Below, piece by piece: positions 38,479 through 52,660 of a DNA stretch of 64,000 nucleotides. Within the stretch, counting starts at the first letter, position 1. Every line of letters starts with the position of its first letter. The stretch is from Octopus sinensis (taxonomy: Eukaryota), in assembly GCF_006345805.1 (NCBI RefSeq), contig NC_043019.1:8307360-8371359 (forward strand), given 5' to 3'. The position numbers were made by a program, and so were the translations under genes. The notes under the pieces were generated by a model that was given only the letters and a program-made list of their open reading frames with translations, was not told the origin of the DNA and ran no database searches.

Positions 38479-39289
38479 TTCGAAGAAGCAACACAGTGAC
38501 TAAAGGACCAAAGGTTTTATGCTTTAGCACGTATCAACTCGCAAAACTCTTAGACTTTTTGCAGTGAGTATATGCTATAAGAGTGGTATAATAGTGACTT
38601 CTGTCCTAATAATAAAATATAGGATCTTCAGTGTGGTTGAAAATCGGCTAAGCTCTAGAGCCTCACAATTATTAGAGGCCTGGACAAGATGTATTACTGC
38701 ATGTTATCCGACTATATACATTCACATATCACATCTTATCTCTATTCTATCTATTCTCAATCCGGAATTGAAAAAAATTGGATCAAAAACTGGGATTCAT
38801 AGCATCCACCGTTTCTTTCATTAAAGAACATAGGCTAAATATGGAAAGAATATACATTAGTTGACGAGAAGAGTGACTTTTTTAGTGATAATACAGCAGA
38901 GTTCGTAGGTCTGAAGGAAGCTTCTTTCTTATTAGTGTGTGTGTGTGTCTGTCTGTGTGTGTATGTGTGTGTGTTTGTGTGTGTTTCCCAGGATTAGCAG
39001 CCCCTGATACGGTCCCAGCAAATGGGTTATTTAGCATGTTTTGTTAGAACTTACTTCTTTAAAAAACCGTAAAATAGCATAAGAAAACCTGGAGTGAAGT
39101 TGATCGTCTCAAGTTAATTTGTAGCACCAGTGTTATAACTAATTTGTGCCGAATTGGGAGCCAGTCCCGTGCATCATTTTATCCAATCAAACCAAATAAA
39201 GTTATAGGAAATTCTTGGACTCTTAGAATGCTTGTACTGACTAACTCTGTTTAAGAAGTGATCTTACAAGACCAAATATTGTCTTCTGT

Positions 39290-39325
<36 letters not shown>

Positions 39326-41806
39326 TACACGCGTGTGTGTGTGTATAATTTTCAGATTTTAACTACTTGACAGCCTGCACTATTGGTTTGTAGTTTATCT
39401 TGGGTGTTTAAAAGTGTCTTGTGAATGGAGTTTATGGTTGAAAATTTTAAGAAAGCTCTTATCTCTGTAACTATCTATCTAAATACGTGAAGAAATGTGA
39501 AAAATCCCGAATAAAATAACGAACAAATAATTGTTGCTACATATTTGGAAGGGGCGTCTTTTAATATTATTAAGTTTCGACTGTTTTCGTGAAATTTGCA
39601 GCTGATGTTGGCCATGTTAAGATGTCTAGATCGTTTCCTTGAGAAACAAACGTAAAAAAGAATGGAAATAACAAGAAACATCAATAAACAACTTTTTTTT
39701 TAGCAAGAGAAATTACACAGATCATTTTTTGACAAAACATTACTCTAAACACCACCTGGGAATTTTTATGTTATGTTATTGAGAATTATAAAATATTAAC
39801 ATCGCAGACATTTACCTGAGGGATGCCAAGTAATATAAACAATTTTCTTAATCAAATGAATGCAAATGTAACAGCATATAAGGAGACGGAATGTTATCCA
39901 ATATAATAAACCAGTTGGTGATTATATCGCTAGCACTGACGATTGTATTGCGGTGAAATTATAATTAGATATTGTTTGCAGTCGCATACAGATGGAGAGC
40001 AAGAGGCAAAATAGCCAAACGTATTCCGTCCTACTAAATGAAGGAAAAACACTATTGTTTACCATTGGAGATGAGTGATGCTGTTGCTGAATATATATTG
40101 AATGGATTCTGCAGTTTGCGTTAGGCCACTGTGATGCAATAGTGAAATAATATGGTATATGTGTGAATTAAGTGGATGGGGAACGAAATTCAAGAGCGTT
40201 GACCATTCTTTAAATGTCGAACGTTAAAATATCCTTAATGCAAAAGTGAAAACATTTAGGAAATTATATCCTTTTCAACATATTAAACAATTGTGTCATC
40301 CCCATCAGAACATTTAAATGCGAATGTCCTGTTAGAGTGAATTCTGCTCCAGTAGAGTGAATCTATCATCCTGGGTTTTGGCGCAAAATACTCTCGTGTT
40401 TTGCATATTGCATCTAAAGCCAAAATGTTTTTCTCTCATGGTATCTAACACTGTATAGTTTTTCTGAGCATCCACGTTAAAGTGAGGATAAATATTATCT
40501 CTCGGCATTAATACTGCCTCTGTCGATAATATATATTTCCTATGACATAGTCGAGCTCATCTTTTGCTTTTATATCGTTGAATCCAACAATTATTATTAG
40601 TTACTAACTGTATTACCGACTTGCGTTAATCACCATTTGTTCTATAGTTAATACGTGATAGTAATTTCGTTGGAACACTTCGAGTCTTCCAATTCCATGC
40701 CAACGCAAAGAGTTCCCTTTCCTAATTTCATAATGACGTCAAGAACATTCTTTCTGATTTCTTCATCAATATCGACAGCTATATTCCTGCGTATCACAGC
40801 TACACGTGAGTAATGAACAATATCAACTGAATGTATACACCATTTATCTTCAGTATCCTCACTTCCAATGTCGACATTTATTCATATTGTTCAGCAGACA
40901 TGATTCCTTTACGGAATATATCTGCGGATACTGTTTGTTTTTCTGCAGATAAAGCTAGCGTAAACGCCGTGACCAGTGTTCCGTTTTACTTTCTGTTATA
41001 GCAAATTTTATATCGTATTTTTGGCTGTTTTACGGATTTTAGTGGTTGTTGATATTCATTTTCTTGTTTATGCTGAATCTGTTATGGCTGAAGAAATCTG
41101 TTATGCAAGCCATCCTCTTACCGTTTCCATTCAAAATGATGTTATAAAGTTTCCATCTATCCCGTTTCGAGACAGTAATACAGGAACTGAAGACTCTACC
41201 GTTTCCACCGTTACTCGAGAGAAAGCATAGACACGTATACGTGCATATATTTACCTACGTATGTAGAATTATACACACACACACGGACGTATGCATGTAT
41301 ACGTACATGCATACACACATAAACAATACGTACGGATTGCTTAGAAGTATACAACCCAATATATATATATGTATATATTCAAGCATACACGTGAGTGTAT
41401 ATGTAAGATTACGCATGCTTGTATGAATGTGTATATATGAGTGCGCGCTTACCTGTGAGTTTGCGCATGCGCGCGTCTACTAATGTAATTGTTTAGGCCG
41501 TTTGTTTATAAATGCAAGCAGAAATATACCGACAGTTATCGGAATATATGAATGCAGTCGTGATTATGAATAGTGGTATATTTCTCATTCATAAATACCT
41601 TTGCGATTATTTCTATTAAGTCGAAATGAAATTAATGCCATGCTTCATTTGGAACCAGATAACATATTTCCAGGTATCTACATGAATATTTTCAATCATC
41701 ACACTTTGTAACGTAGCTGCGTTAAACACATTCCCTCAGCCATTGCATAACGCTGAAATATATTACATATTCATTACACTGCACGAATGCACCTGAATAT
41801 AGACAC

Positions 41807-41852
<46 letters not shown>

Positions 41853-42494
41853 CTATGAGTGTTTGTGTAATTGTGTATAGATATATATTCTTACATTTAT
41901 GTATGAATGAGTTTGTGTACGTAAGTTTGTTTCTTGGCAGATTTGTTTTTATTTATAAATGATATCGACGCTGTTCTAGCAATCCAAAATGCATGGTGAT
42001 GCATAGTGTGGACTAATATAAAAATAATAATCTCTATTTATATGCACACTGTTAACGTGTTAGTTCCGTAGGTGTGGAATTAAAATATTAAATGATTTGA
42101 TTGTAAACAAGGTGTCAGCATGGAATACGTGATGCAGTAGCTTAGAGTGACAACTCACAGACGTATCCGAGAAACTTAGAGTTTATCGTATAAAGACTAC
42201 CATAAGACATATCTATATATACTGTATGACAAATCACTTTCTATTTATGAGCTACAAATAAAATAATTCCTGTAACATCTTTAAATCTCTTTGGACTGTT
42301 TCACAAAAGAAGGCATCGAACAGATGAGCTCTTGCAAGTATGACAGACATTGCTTTTCAGTTCGTCCCAGGAAATCTTCATAAATTAATAACACTTGGTT
42401 TCATAGTCTATAGTTTTTTTTATAAATATATCAAATGATGAAAACAGGGATTCTTTCATTTACATGTCCTGTCCGTTCTCATTATATAGCAGAT

Positions 42495-42725
42495 AATTAT
42501 TTTTAACCCGCACATGCCTTCCATCTGGGTCCTGCATGAGTCGAGGGACGTTTTCGTGGAGACATTCATTATCTCTGGTGAACTGATCTAAATATGTTTT
42601 GCTCGGACGACCTGGTCCAGGACGGACATGATTTGGTATCCATAGCATTAGGTCAAAGTGTAAGCACCTTTCTGCTGTAACGATAGAAACAATCTGGAGA
42701 TGCCCTTACAGCCGTTTCGCACACT
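42495..42725 (-). mobile_element. RTE-clade LINE C-terminal remnant
   Basis: LWIPNHVRPGPGRPSKTYLDQFTRDNECLHENVPRLMQDPDG matches the RTE pattern LLW.P......GRP..TY.DQL..D......L...M.DR..W. Confidence 0.8.
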
Positions 42726-43424
42726 ATCAGATAGCCAGCAACTAGTAAATGATAAAAAGGAGAGGCTTCTGCAACATAAAAATATACTCTACAAAATATT
42801 TTTTAGTTTCTTGAAAATTTATTGGAACCTTTCTATGATTAATTTTACAAACATAATCTACGTATTTACGCGCGCACGCAAGGGTATGTGTTTAGGAAGG
42901 GCGAAAGTGAAAGAGAAGTAGAGAGAAAGAAAGTGAAATTGAAATATGTAGCGGATGAAATGCATAAGATATGCCCTCACTGTGTTTAAATTTTATTTCA
43001 TGGAAGTTGAAGATGCAATAATCAGTCTTAATAGTATTGGTAGCGTTTTCTGCCACATAAAGTTGATAATTATAATACTGCGACTAATTTTCTTCTATGG
43101 TTACTAGTTAATTGGAAATTAGAAGGTTTGTATAATTTTTAGATAAATTGAAAATAATTAATGATATTTTTATTGATGCTACCTTTATTAGAAACATTCT
43201 CCTGATCTTATTATTATTAAATATTCTATATAACCGTTCGAGGAAGCGAAGGAGATGTATCATGAGAACCATACACAGACGGTTCCAGTTGATTAGCAAG
43301 ACATGGTTGACAGTTAAGTCGTTAAGTCTTAAAAATTATAGTTAAAAAGGAACATGATTAAACAGAACAGTAAACGGGAAATAAACGAGAAAATTAGGTC
43401 CGTACGTATCTCTCTCTCTATCTG

Positions 43425-43461
<37 letters not shown>

Positions 43462-46400
43462 ATATACATATATATATATATGATATATATATACACACTA
43501 CATACACTCACATATACATGTGTATATATAAATATACCTACAAGCCTGTGTGTGTGTAAATGAGTAGTACAGGATGTGGGTTCAGAGAGTCATGTAATGT
43601 CACACAAAGTCGACACAGTAAACAATATCAGATACCTGAACATCGAGAAGGTCTTATTGGTGAAGATATTTGTGTAGGAGTGTATGAAAGCATCAAGTCA
43701 AAGCGAATGAGATCTGAATATATATTTATTTAACCACGTAACTTCCATTGAACTGCCGGTGTTTCGCAAACTTCTACATGCTCTATAATTATAGCTTGGA
43801 AGATATTATCCGACATATGCTAATGAAACGTTATGCATATCATCTTTAACGTGGAGTATATATTCAGTGAAATAAGGGGTCATTCAGAAAATTGATTTAT
43901 GCATGGGCCTGATATATATTTTTTTTTACGGTATTAGGAAAGTAATACATCAGTATTATTATGATAACTTATAAAAAGCAATATTTTTTCTGGTAAAATT
44001 GGTCAAATGTCGTCGAGGTGACCGTGGCCACACGTACAGTCATATCCACATATGAAAAATGTAACCTAGGTTATAAACTCACACATATTGACACATACAC
44101 ATCTCAAACACAGGCAAAATAGTTCAATCACTCTCAGTCATCTTCATTCAGGATCAATCTCCTTTACCTATCAACTAAAATGTGTGTCTTAAACATTCTA
44201 TTTTTACTCTTTCTATATGTATATTGTAATTTTCACAACTCACTTGAAGTTCACGAATTCGTCCATTTGTTTTTCTTAGAAATTTCAAGCAATTAATTAG
44301 TTTTCACTCGCGAGATATTAGTTCTATATTGATACGTTAGTTAATGTGTAATAATAATTAATATTCTAGCTTTTTCTAAAAATAAAAAAAACCTATGGTC
44401 AGTTTGTAAGGATAGGATATAGCACTCCATCACATTCCGGAATGTTTTGCTTCTATAACTCACTCGCTGTCCCTGCTGCACTATTTTCAGCATTACAGGG
44501 TACAGTCTGAGTTTTAAACCTAGCCCATACATTTTCCATACTGAGAATTGAACCCACGCCCTGCATTCGACCGTCCGTTTGATTCAACATTAGACAACCG
44601 GCAAAAGTTCAAATAGACATCAGTTTAAAATTAACATGCACACACGTCCACCGAAATTATGCGCTATGTGACAGACAGACAGACTCTGCAGTGAGTTATA
44701 ATGTTTGCGAAGTAGGTCAGTCCTCCCAGCAATTAAATTTATGCAACATTTCTATAAAATGTTCTATGAACTAATTATTGCCAACGCAGACCACATCAAT
44801 TTCCACTATCAATGTTTTAACCTATCAGGAATTTATGATAGTTCTCTACTAAAATAGACCGAGATCTTGTCTACATAAATTAGAATTTCTCATTAAATTC
44901 TTTGAATTAGAAACTTCTTCCTCCGTTGTTTTCATTTTTATATCTTAATGGGTTCTGCCATTTTTTTTTCGAACAAATAAATTATTTCTTTATTCTGACA
45001 GACAGACATAACTCTGGACACTTTCTTTTAGATTTGCTTTGGGTTATTATCATTATATATATGTTTTATTCTATTTCATTTTTAAAATACTTTCCACCAG
45101 TCTGTTAATATTTCCTTCCTCTCTTTTAAATAAAATATTTGCTGTTTTCCGTGTGATTTATTTCGCCTTTATTTTTCGATACCAATGTTTGTACAGTCAA
45201 AGCGTTGATATTTATGTCAGAACTACTCTGCTATTGATATCTTATCCCGATACTGCCAGTAAATTGACTCTTTTCACCGAATCATTTATTTTGTGTTCTA
45301 CAGTCAGTGGCGAAAGCAAATGGTTCCATCTTTTGTAGCCCAATTCATCTGTATGAAAAGGAAACTATTTTTGCCATACACATGTGACATTGTGTCCTGG
45401 CAATAGTACTGAACACCTTGCAAATAGAAAGAAGGCGTGGAGGATAACCGGTGGAGATAGGACATATTTTAGATATCCAGTGGAGCTTAGTTGATAAAAA
45501 TGTTACTGATGTCAGAAAGGTGAAATTAGCAAAATCTACCACGTCAAGTTGTGACTTTAATAAGTAAAATTATGTGACTAAATATATGGTGACGTTATAT
45601 TTCTCTGTCACCCGACGGCCATTATTCAATTTATGACAATGAAACAGGTTTGCAAAATTTGTTTGAGTTCAGCATGTTGACATTGGTATAGACATTTTGA
45701 TTGTGAGGTTTTTGTGGATTGACAATGGTTTAAGAATGTTGCTTGTGAGGTATTAGGTGAATGACAGAAAGTCATTAGTTAGATATAACATAATTAGTTA
45801 GATATAACATATTTTGGGGACTGATAAGTTTGGTAAACTCTATATTTCAGAGATGAGGTCATAATAAAGCCAAAATATAAAGATGTAACCCGAGCAGATT
45901 GATAATAGCAATTTATTCATGTAATTTGAATATTACTGTGATCTACATTTTTTGTTCCAAACAGATTTCAAACAACTTGTAACGATTAAGAATTTTGCCG
46001 TTGGCAAGAAAATAGACACAGCTCTTTGAGAACATCCCACAAAGATGAGAGAGAGAGAGAAGGGGAAAAGAGATAGAGAGAATAGAGAGAGGCAGAGTAG
46101 CAGAGAGAGTGACAAGTGTATAGTGTGAGAAATGAAGAGAGACTGTTAATTAGAAATAGAGTGATAAACTGATGTAGAGCTGAAAAGATAGTAAAGGAAG
46201 CACCAAAGAATTTTAATTTCTCTTCTCAAACTTCCCCTTATTATAGTACTAAAATATAAGCTAGATCCACAAACACCGGGAAACTTGTTTGGGGCGTTTA
46301 TAGCTCTCTCGCCTTTCATTTTGTTTAATCATGTTAGAACAAATGTATACAATTGCGAAAATCATGAAGTTCACCTCTGTAAAGCTAAAAGAAGCATTTC

Positions 46401-46709
46401 GGTAAGGACACGGATAATACGATTTGAAGCATGAGATTATTTACAATACTCAACAAAAATATCACCTATTAAAGCAGCTCCACAGCAAATCGTTGTTCTG
46501 ATAACCTGGCTCTCTATACGTTTACACCTTTTAAAATATAACAGCATGCAGACACACAATTGGACATAAATATACATAGGAATGGACACAGCGACTGACA
46601 TTTAAATCACAGGCAAACTTAAACATTGTATTCGAAATATGTAATACATACATAGAGGCAATGATGTACATTGATTATATTAATAACAATTATATATGTT
46701 TACACACAG

Positions 46710-46789
46710 AAGGTGGAGACTTTCAAATGAAGAATTATTAAGTATAAATGCTTATACACATAAATTCATCATATGAAAGTGTCCACCTT
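46710..46789. other. 80-nt hairpin (pre-miRNA-like or tiny MITE)
   Basis: AAGGTGGAGACTTTCAAATGAAGAATT pairs with AATTCATCATATGAAAGTGTCCACCTT (24/27), plus inner GTATAA/TTATAC stem and ATGC loop. Confidence 0.6.
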
Positions 46790-47538
46790 GTGCGTGCGTG
46801 CATATATAATTATTTTGTATTTCATTCCTTAAATATCATATATTCAATATATTTAATATAATTAATATATCTAATTTGTTTATATGCATAACTGGCTACA
46901 TACACGGGCACATGCGTGGTATGCACCAATACTCACTCAATATTATATCCGAGTACACGTGTACGCATATCTATACACGCGGCGCTTACGCAATAAGCGC
47001 GGACGCATAGTCATAAAGGCCTCTATACACACACACACACACATTCATTAAACTGAAAACTTATGCGCGCAATCACATCTCCAAGCACACATTCATATAT
47101 GGGCACATATACATTAACATCAACATGCACTGACACGCACTCACATTTAATCAAATTCACACACACACACACACACATCTATGTATATATATATCTATTA
47201 TGTGTGTGTGTGTGTGTATCTAAAATGCAGGATGTGTGTGTGCACGTGAATAAAATTTATGCACGTCCACAAACTAGCACGCATGTCGTTCCAAATATAG
47301 GAGGACATTCGTCATGATCCTAGCTGTATTTTTGTCGACTTATTTTTCCCAGAGGCACCAGCGAATAGCAATAAAAATAAATTTCCATCCGAAACTTTTA
47401 ATAATTTTCAAGTCGGAGAAATCACCATTGTTTGCAAACTGGAGTTAAGTCCCCTTCTAGCGACGAGTAAGTTTTTGTTAAGACTTTTGTTGTTTATTCC
47501 ATCGAGGAAATAAGTGTTTTGTTGATATACGGGCAACA

Positions 47539-47575
<37 letters not shown>

Positions 47576-47659
47576 ATATGTATACGTGCAAAAAACATGA
47601 ATGCAATAGATCTACGTACGTACGTACGTATGTATGTATGTGTGTGTTGCCCATATATA

Positions 47660-47790
47660 TATATCAACCAATTTCAACGGATTTCGCCCAAAATTGACGT
47701 CGATGTTACTTAGTTTGTTTTGAAATAAAGAACTTGGTTAGCTTAATAATCCTAACTTAATCCCAGGCAAAGCCGGGTTATCCTGCTAGT
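47660..47790 (-). mobile_element. 5' fragment of a second HINE-like element
   Basis: Reverse complement begins ACTAGCAGGATAACCCGGCTTTGCCTGGGA, the same start-plus-hairpin architecture as 33173; abuts (TA)n. Confidence 0.6.
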
Positions 47791-47861
47791 ATATATATAT
47801 ATATATATATTTATTAAAATACATTTATTACCATAACCGCATATCAATATACACAGAAACA

Positions 47862-48032
47862 CGTTTAGCAAAAGCGCTTAGCGGAATTTCGTACGTCATT
47901 AGTTTCTGAGTTCAAATCCCACCGAAGTCGACTTCGTTTTCCCATCCGTTCGGAGTCTAGGAGACAAGTACCAGCTAAGCATGGTTTCCATGTAATCGTT
48001 TCCTGCCACCATTTGTGCGAAAATTTGAAACC
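47862..48032 (+). mobile_element. SINE family A (5'-truncated, diverged)
   Basis: GCTTAGCGGAATTTCGT...TCTGAGTTCAAATCCCACCGAAGTCGAC. Confidence 0.75.
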
Positions 48033-48087
48033 AGTATACACAGAAAATATAATTGCTCAATAGTGAAGCCTCGACTCCGTCGCACAA

Positions 48088-48520
48088 TATGCTAGAAACA
48101 GCAACCGAATCTCTCCGAAAACAGTATTCTTTTAAACTAAGGAGAAATCCTTAGTTTAAATAATATCGTTTGACATGAACGGGTCGCAACGGAAGCTCTG
48201 GGTCGGCAGAGATAAAAGCCTTTTGATCATATGTCTGGACAGATAAGCTGACCTGGGGTTAAAGAAAGCCATCACAATCAACAAGTAAACATCGCAAACC
48301 AACTGAAAACTTCGGTATGATTACTCGACCTGCTAGAAATAGCAAACAAATCTTCAAATAACCACTTAAGAAGAGAGAGAAACGAATAAATAAACATATA
48401 AAATTTTCAATGGATGAGGTTCTCCTCGGTTCCCTTCACATAGAAATAAAAGCGGTTATTCACGGCTCGAATACTTTTGATCATAGATCATCTTGAACAG
48501 GCTGACCTAGGGCTAAACAC
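48088..48520 (+). repeat. Two tandem copies of repeat family F
   Basis: TGCTAGAAA(C/T)AGCAA...TTTGATCATA...GCTGACCT(G/A)GGG(T/C)TAAA occurs twice (48088-48275 and 48320-48520). Confidence 0.7.
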
Positions 48521-48663
48521 TGCAGACGGCGAATAACATAACAAAACACTATCTTATGAAATATTCTCACCCGCATACATACACAGACGGACAACGTTAC
48601 GCAAACAGACGTCGAATTTAACACACACACACCTCACTCTCTCTCTCTCTCTCTCTCACTCAC

Positions 48664-48702
<39 letters not shown>

Positions 48703-49095
48703 TATACACACACACAGAGGCTTACATAAACAATTCGAAATGACTATTTCAATTCAAACATGGCGGTATATCTCTCATAATTCGACTGGCTTCAAAGATC
48801 TAAAGATATGATGGAATGAAACGCTTAACCAGTTATTGAGTGAGGTCATTAGAGTGTCGTAGTGTCACGAGAAATGTCCAACCGTCCGTTGAATTATTAG
48901 TTGTCAAAACTTTTATACGTAATTATTTCACTCAATGTTTTTACTCCACTCTGCATCTCCTTCCCTCTCTCTCTCTCCCACGCTCTTTTTCCTTCTATTC
49001 CCCCCTCTCTCTCTATTTGTCTATGTCATCTGTGAGTCTGTCTTTCTTACTCTGCGCATCTTCTTTTTACAGAAACATACACACATATGTATTTA

Positions 49096-49141
<46 letters not shown>

Positions 49142-49174
49142 TGTGTGTATGCATATATATAGATGTGTGTAACC

Positions 49175-49217
<43 letters not shown>

Positions 49218-49231
49218 GAGGTGTGTATGCA

Positions 49232-49272
<41 letters not shown>

Positions 49273-49844
49273 TTATACACACTCACATATGTAAGTGAGC
49301 GTGTGTCTATTTTTCTATTAATATATCAATATTTATTTTTTCACTTTCATTTTCTACCTTTCTCTCATATTCGACCTTTCAATACACACACACCATACTC
49401 ACACACACACACACCATACACACACACACACACCATACACACACACACACAAATGCTTGTGAGTGACGGTATGTTTCACCGTATGCATACAAAGAAGTCT
49501 ACAGAGAAACACACACATTTTTATACGTATTAGTTAATCCTATGCATACGTAGCATTACGCAATCATCTCAAAGTTACAATACATCACATACAGCACACA
49601 CCCACATCCGCACATATGCACACACGCATATAAAATCTTTCGTATTGCCTCAAATTTAATGCGCCGCTCTCCCATACACATATATTTGTACACATTTATT
49701 CATTTGCAGCGAAGTCGTTGACATGTGGCTATAAGCCTAAACTATGAGTTATGCGAATCTATGTTCAGTTCCATAGTGACAGGTTGCACAATTTTTATCT
49801 ACTACCTCTATCACAAATTTCCTTCTCTAGCCACCCGCTATTAT

Positions 49845-50860
49845 GAAACGCATAGCGGTATTTCGTTCGTCAGTTAACGTTCTGAGTTCTAATTCCGCTG
49901 AGGTCGACTTTGCCTTTTATTATTTCGGGGTCGATTCAATAAATACCAGTTGAATACTGGGGTCGATGTAATCAATTATTCCCTTCTTTCTCCAAATTTC
50001 AGGCTTTGGGTCTGTAGCAAAAAAGATTATTATTCAAGGCATCGACCTGGCAGAAACGTTAGCACCCATAGCACAATGTTTTGTGGCTATGAGTTCAAGT
50101 TCGACCAAGGTTGACTTTGCCTTTCGAGTGTCCATAAAATAAGTACCAGCTGACTACTGTGCTTAATGTAATCGACTTAGTCCCTCCTCTGAAACTGCTG
50201 GCGTTGTGTCAAAATATGAAGCCATTATTCACACTGGTGACTTGGTAGAATTGTTAGGACACCGAACGAAAGAGTTAGCGGCGTGTCGTCCGATTTTACG
50301 TTCAATGTAAACCTTTGCCATCCATACCGTCATGGGTCGATAAAAGACCTTGCAGTCTATCACTGGGATCGATGTAATCGGCTTATCTTCCTCAACGTTC
50401 CTGGCACTGCGCAAAAACATATTGAACTGAGTATTTCCGGTAGAAAGGTAAGTACGCCGGGCGAAATGCTTGGCGGTATTTCGTCAATCTTTACATTCCG
50501 ATTTCAAATTCCGCCGAGGTCGACTTTGTCTTTCTTCCTTTCGGGGTCATAAATTAAGTACTATTTGTGTACTAGGATATATGTAATCGACTGGCTTCCT
50601 CTCCCAAAATTTCGGGCCTTGTGCCTAGAGTAGAAAATATTATTTCTTGCAGAATAGTCGTTAGTACGGTGGGAATATTGCATAGCGGCAAGTCACCCTT
50701 CTTTACGCTCTGAGTTCGAATTCTGCCGAAGTCAACTTTCCCTTTCATCTTTCAGAGGTCAATAAAATAGGCAGCAGGTGAGCACTGGGATCAATGGGAT
50801 CAACTTATTCACCCCAAAAATCTTTCTAGCATTGTACCAATAGGAGAAAGGATTATTACC
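49845..50860 (+). mobile_element. Train of five head-to-tail SINE-A copies
   Basis: The A core (GAGTTC..ATTCCG..GAGGTCGACTTTG...GTCGATAAAATAAGTACCAG...GATGTAATCGAC) recurs about every 200 bp: 49845, 50036, 50232, 50438, 50648. Confidence 0.85.
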
Positions 50861-51842
50861 CTCAATTTACATCCATACATACTGCATATACACTTACATA
50901 CATACATACATGTTCTATACAAAACGTTTTTCAACTCAAGATTTACTGTTTTGTCTATAGTGTTATTTTGTTTATAGTTTTATGCGTTTGCTTCGAGATA
51001 TGCTATTCCGAAAATTTAGTAATACCTGTACACTTAGTATTTATAAGGTGACACTTTAAACCTGTGTAAACACCATTACAGCAAACATGACTTTCATTTC
51101 AAAAGAAATCTCTGGGGGATCACCAGACAAATTTGTATCGTGCTGTGCTCTTGGCTTTCACAGACATTTTGTAGTACTGAGAGCCTCTTACTCAATGTTG
51201 TTCAGCTTGAAGCAGTTTGCCAGGGAAGGTGGTAGCTGTTGATTTTAACAGGTACAATTAATCAAACAAGCTTTTCCACTGTTTTTGTCTACTTAATTTC
51301 ACGGACATGCATTTGGTCCAACCGTAAATACGGAGTAAGAGACAGGCTTAACAAAGCGAAAAGTGGGATTGAATCCAGGACATCGTCATTGCAAAACAAG
51401 CGTTTTAATCCGTTCTGTGCAAAAGTACCTCACAAATAATTCATATGATGACATATCCATTTCTCTGTCTATCTATTCATCTATTATTTGTCTATCTATT
51501 ATCTGTCTACCTATCTATCTATTATCTATCATCTATCTATCTATTAATCACCTATCTATCTCTTTATCCATTTATCAATCTATCAATATATTTATCTATC
51601 CATTTATCAATCAATCTATCTATCTATGCCACCAGTTTTATGCGTTTGAAGTATGTGTGAATGTGTGTGTGTTCAGACACATACCTTCATTTATAAATGG
51701 ATACATATAAAACTATTTGTGACTATATATAAAATACAAGTGTTTGTGCTTCTTTCTTGTGTACATGTGTGTATGTGTGGTTGTGTGTGTGTTATATACA
51801 TATTCAATCTAACGCTTTCTGGAAATACTCAACACACCAGCT

Positions 51843-51873
<31 letters not shown>

Positions 51874-51979
51874 TTGTGTGTATGTGTGTATGTATATATA
51901 TTGTTTGTTTTCATTGTACCACACCTAGTACAGCCAAACAATGTGCTGTACACATCTATCATGATGTGCCGTTATATAA

Positions 51980-52016
<37 letters not shown>

Positions 52017-52339
52017 AACACTTTCATCAATGCACAAATATCCCGCGTAAAGAAGTATGCGTTGATAGGTTAATCTATACTCCTTGGACGTCTATCTCTC
52101 TGCTACCTTCTCTCTCTCTCTCTCTCTCTCTGTGTCCCTCTCTTTCTCTCGCTCCTCGGTCATTTCCATGTCACTGGATATTACAAATTGTCATTGATCA
52201 CAGCAATTGGAACTAATCTTGGAGAAGTCCTGTGTGGAAAACCTATTCTTCCGAATGGATAATTCTTTGCTTCAGGAAAGACACACTATCAGTTCTTTGC
52301 GTGGCGGGAATATTTATGTCTGTGAAAACTGGTCAACAC

Positions 52340-52660
52340 GTATGTGTGTGTGTGTGTGTAAGTTTATAAATATGTATATGCGTATGTGTGTGTGTGTAAG
52401 TTTATAAATATGTATATGCGTATGTGTGTGTGTGTGTGTGTGTGTGTAAGTTTATAAATATGTATATGCGTATGTGTGTGTGTGTGCGTGTGTAAGTTTA
52501 TAAATATGTATATGCGTATGTGTGTGTGTGTGTGTGTGTGTAAGTTTATAAATATGTATATGCGTATGTGTGTGTGCGTGTGTAAGTTTATAAATATGTA
52601 TATGCGTATGTGTGTGTGCGTGTGTAAGTTTATAAATATGTATATGCGTATGTGTGTGTT
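52340..52660. repeat. Minisatellite: 7 units of GTAAGTTTATAAATATGTATATGCGTA + variable (TG)n
   Basis: Invariant core seen seven times with spacer-length variation only. Confidence 0.95.

Noticed and set aside
43600-44060. Possible Tc1/mariner remnant
   Set aside because: No recognisable DDE/D motif or paired TIRs.
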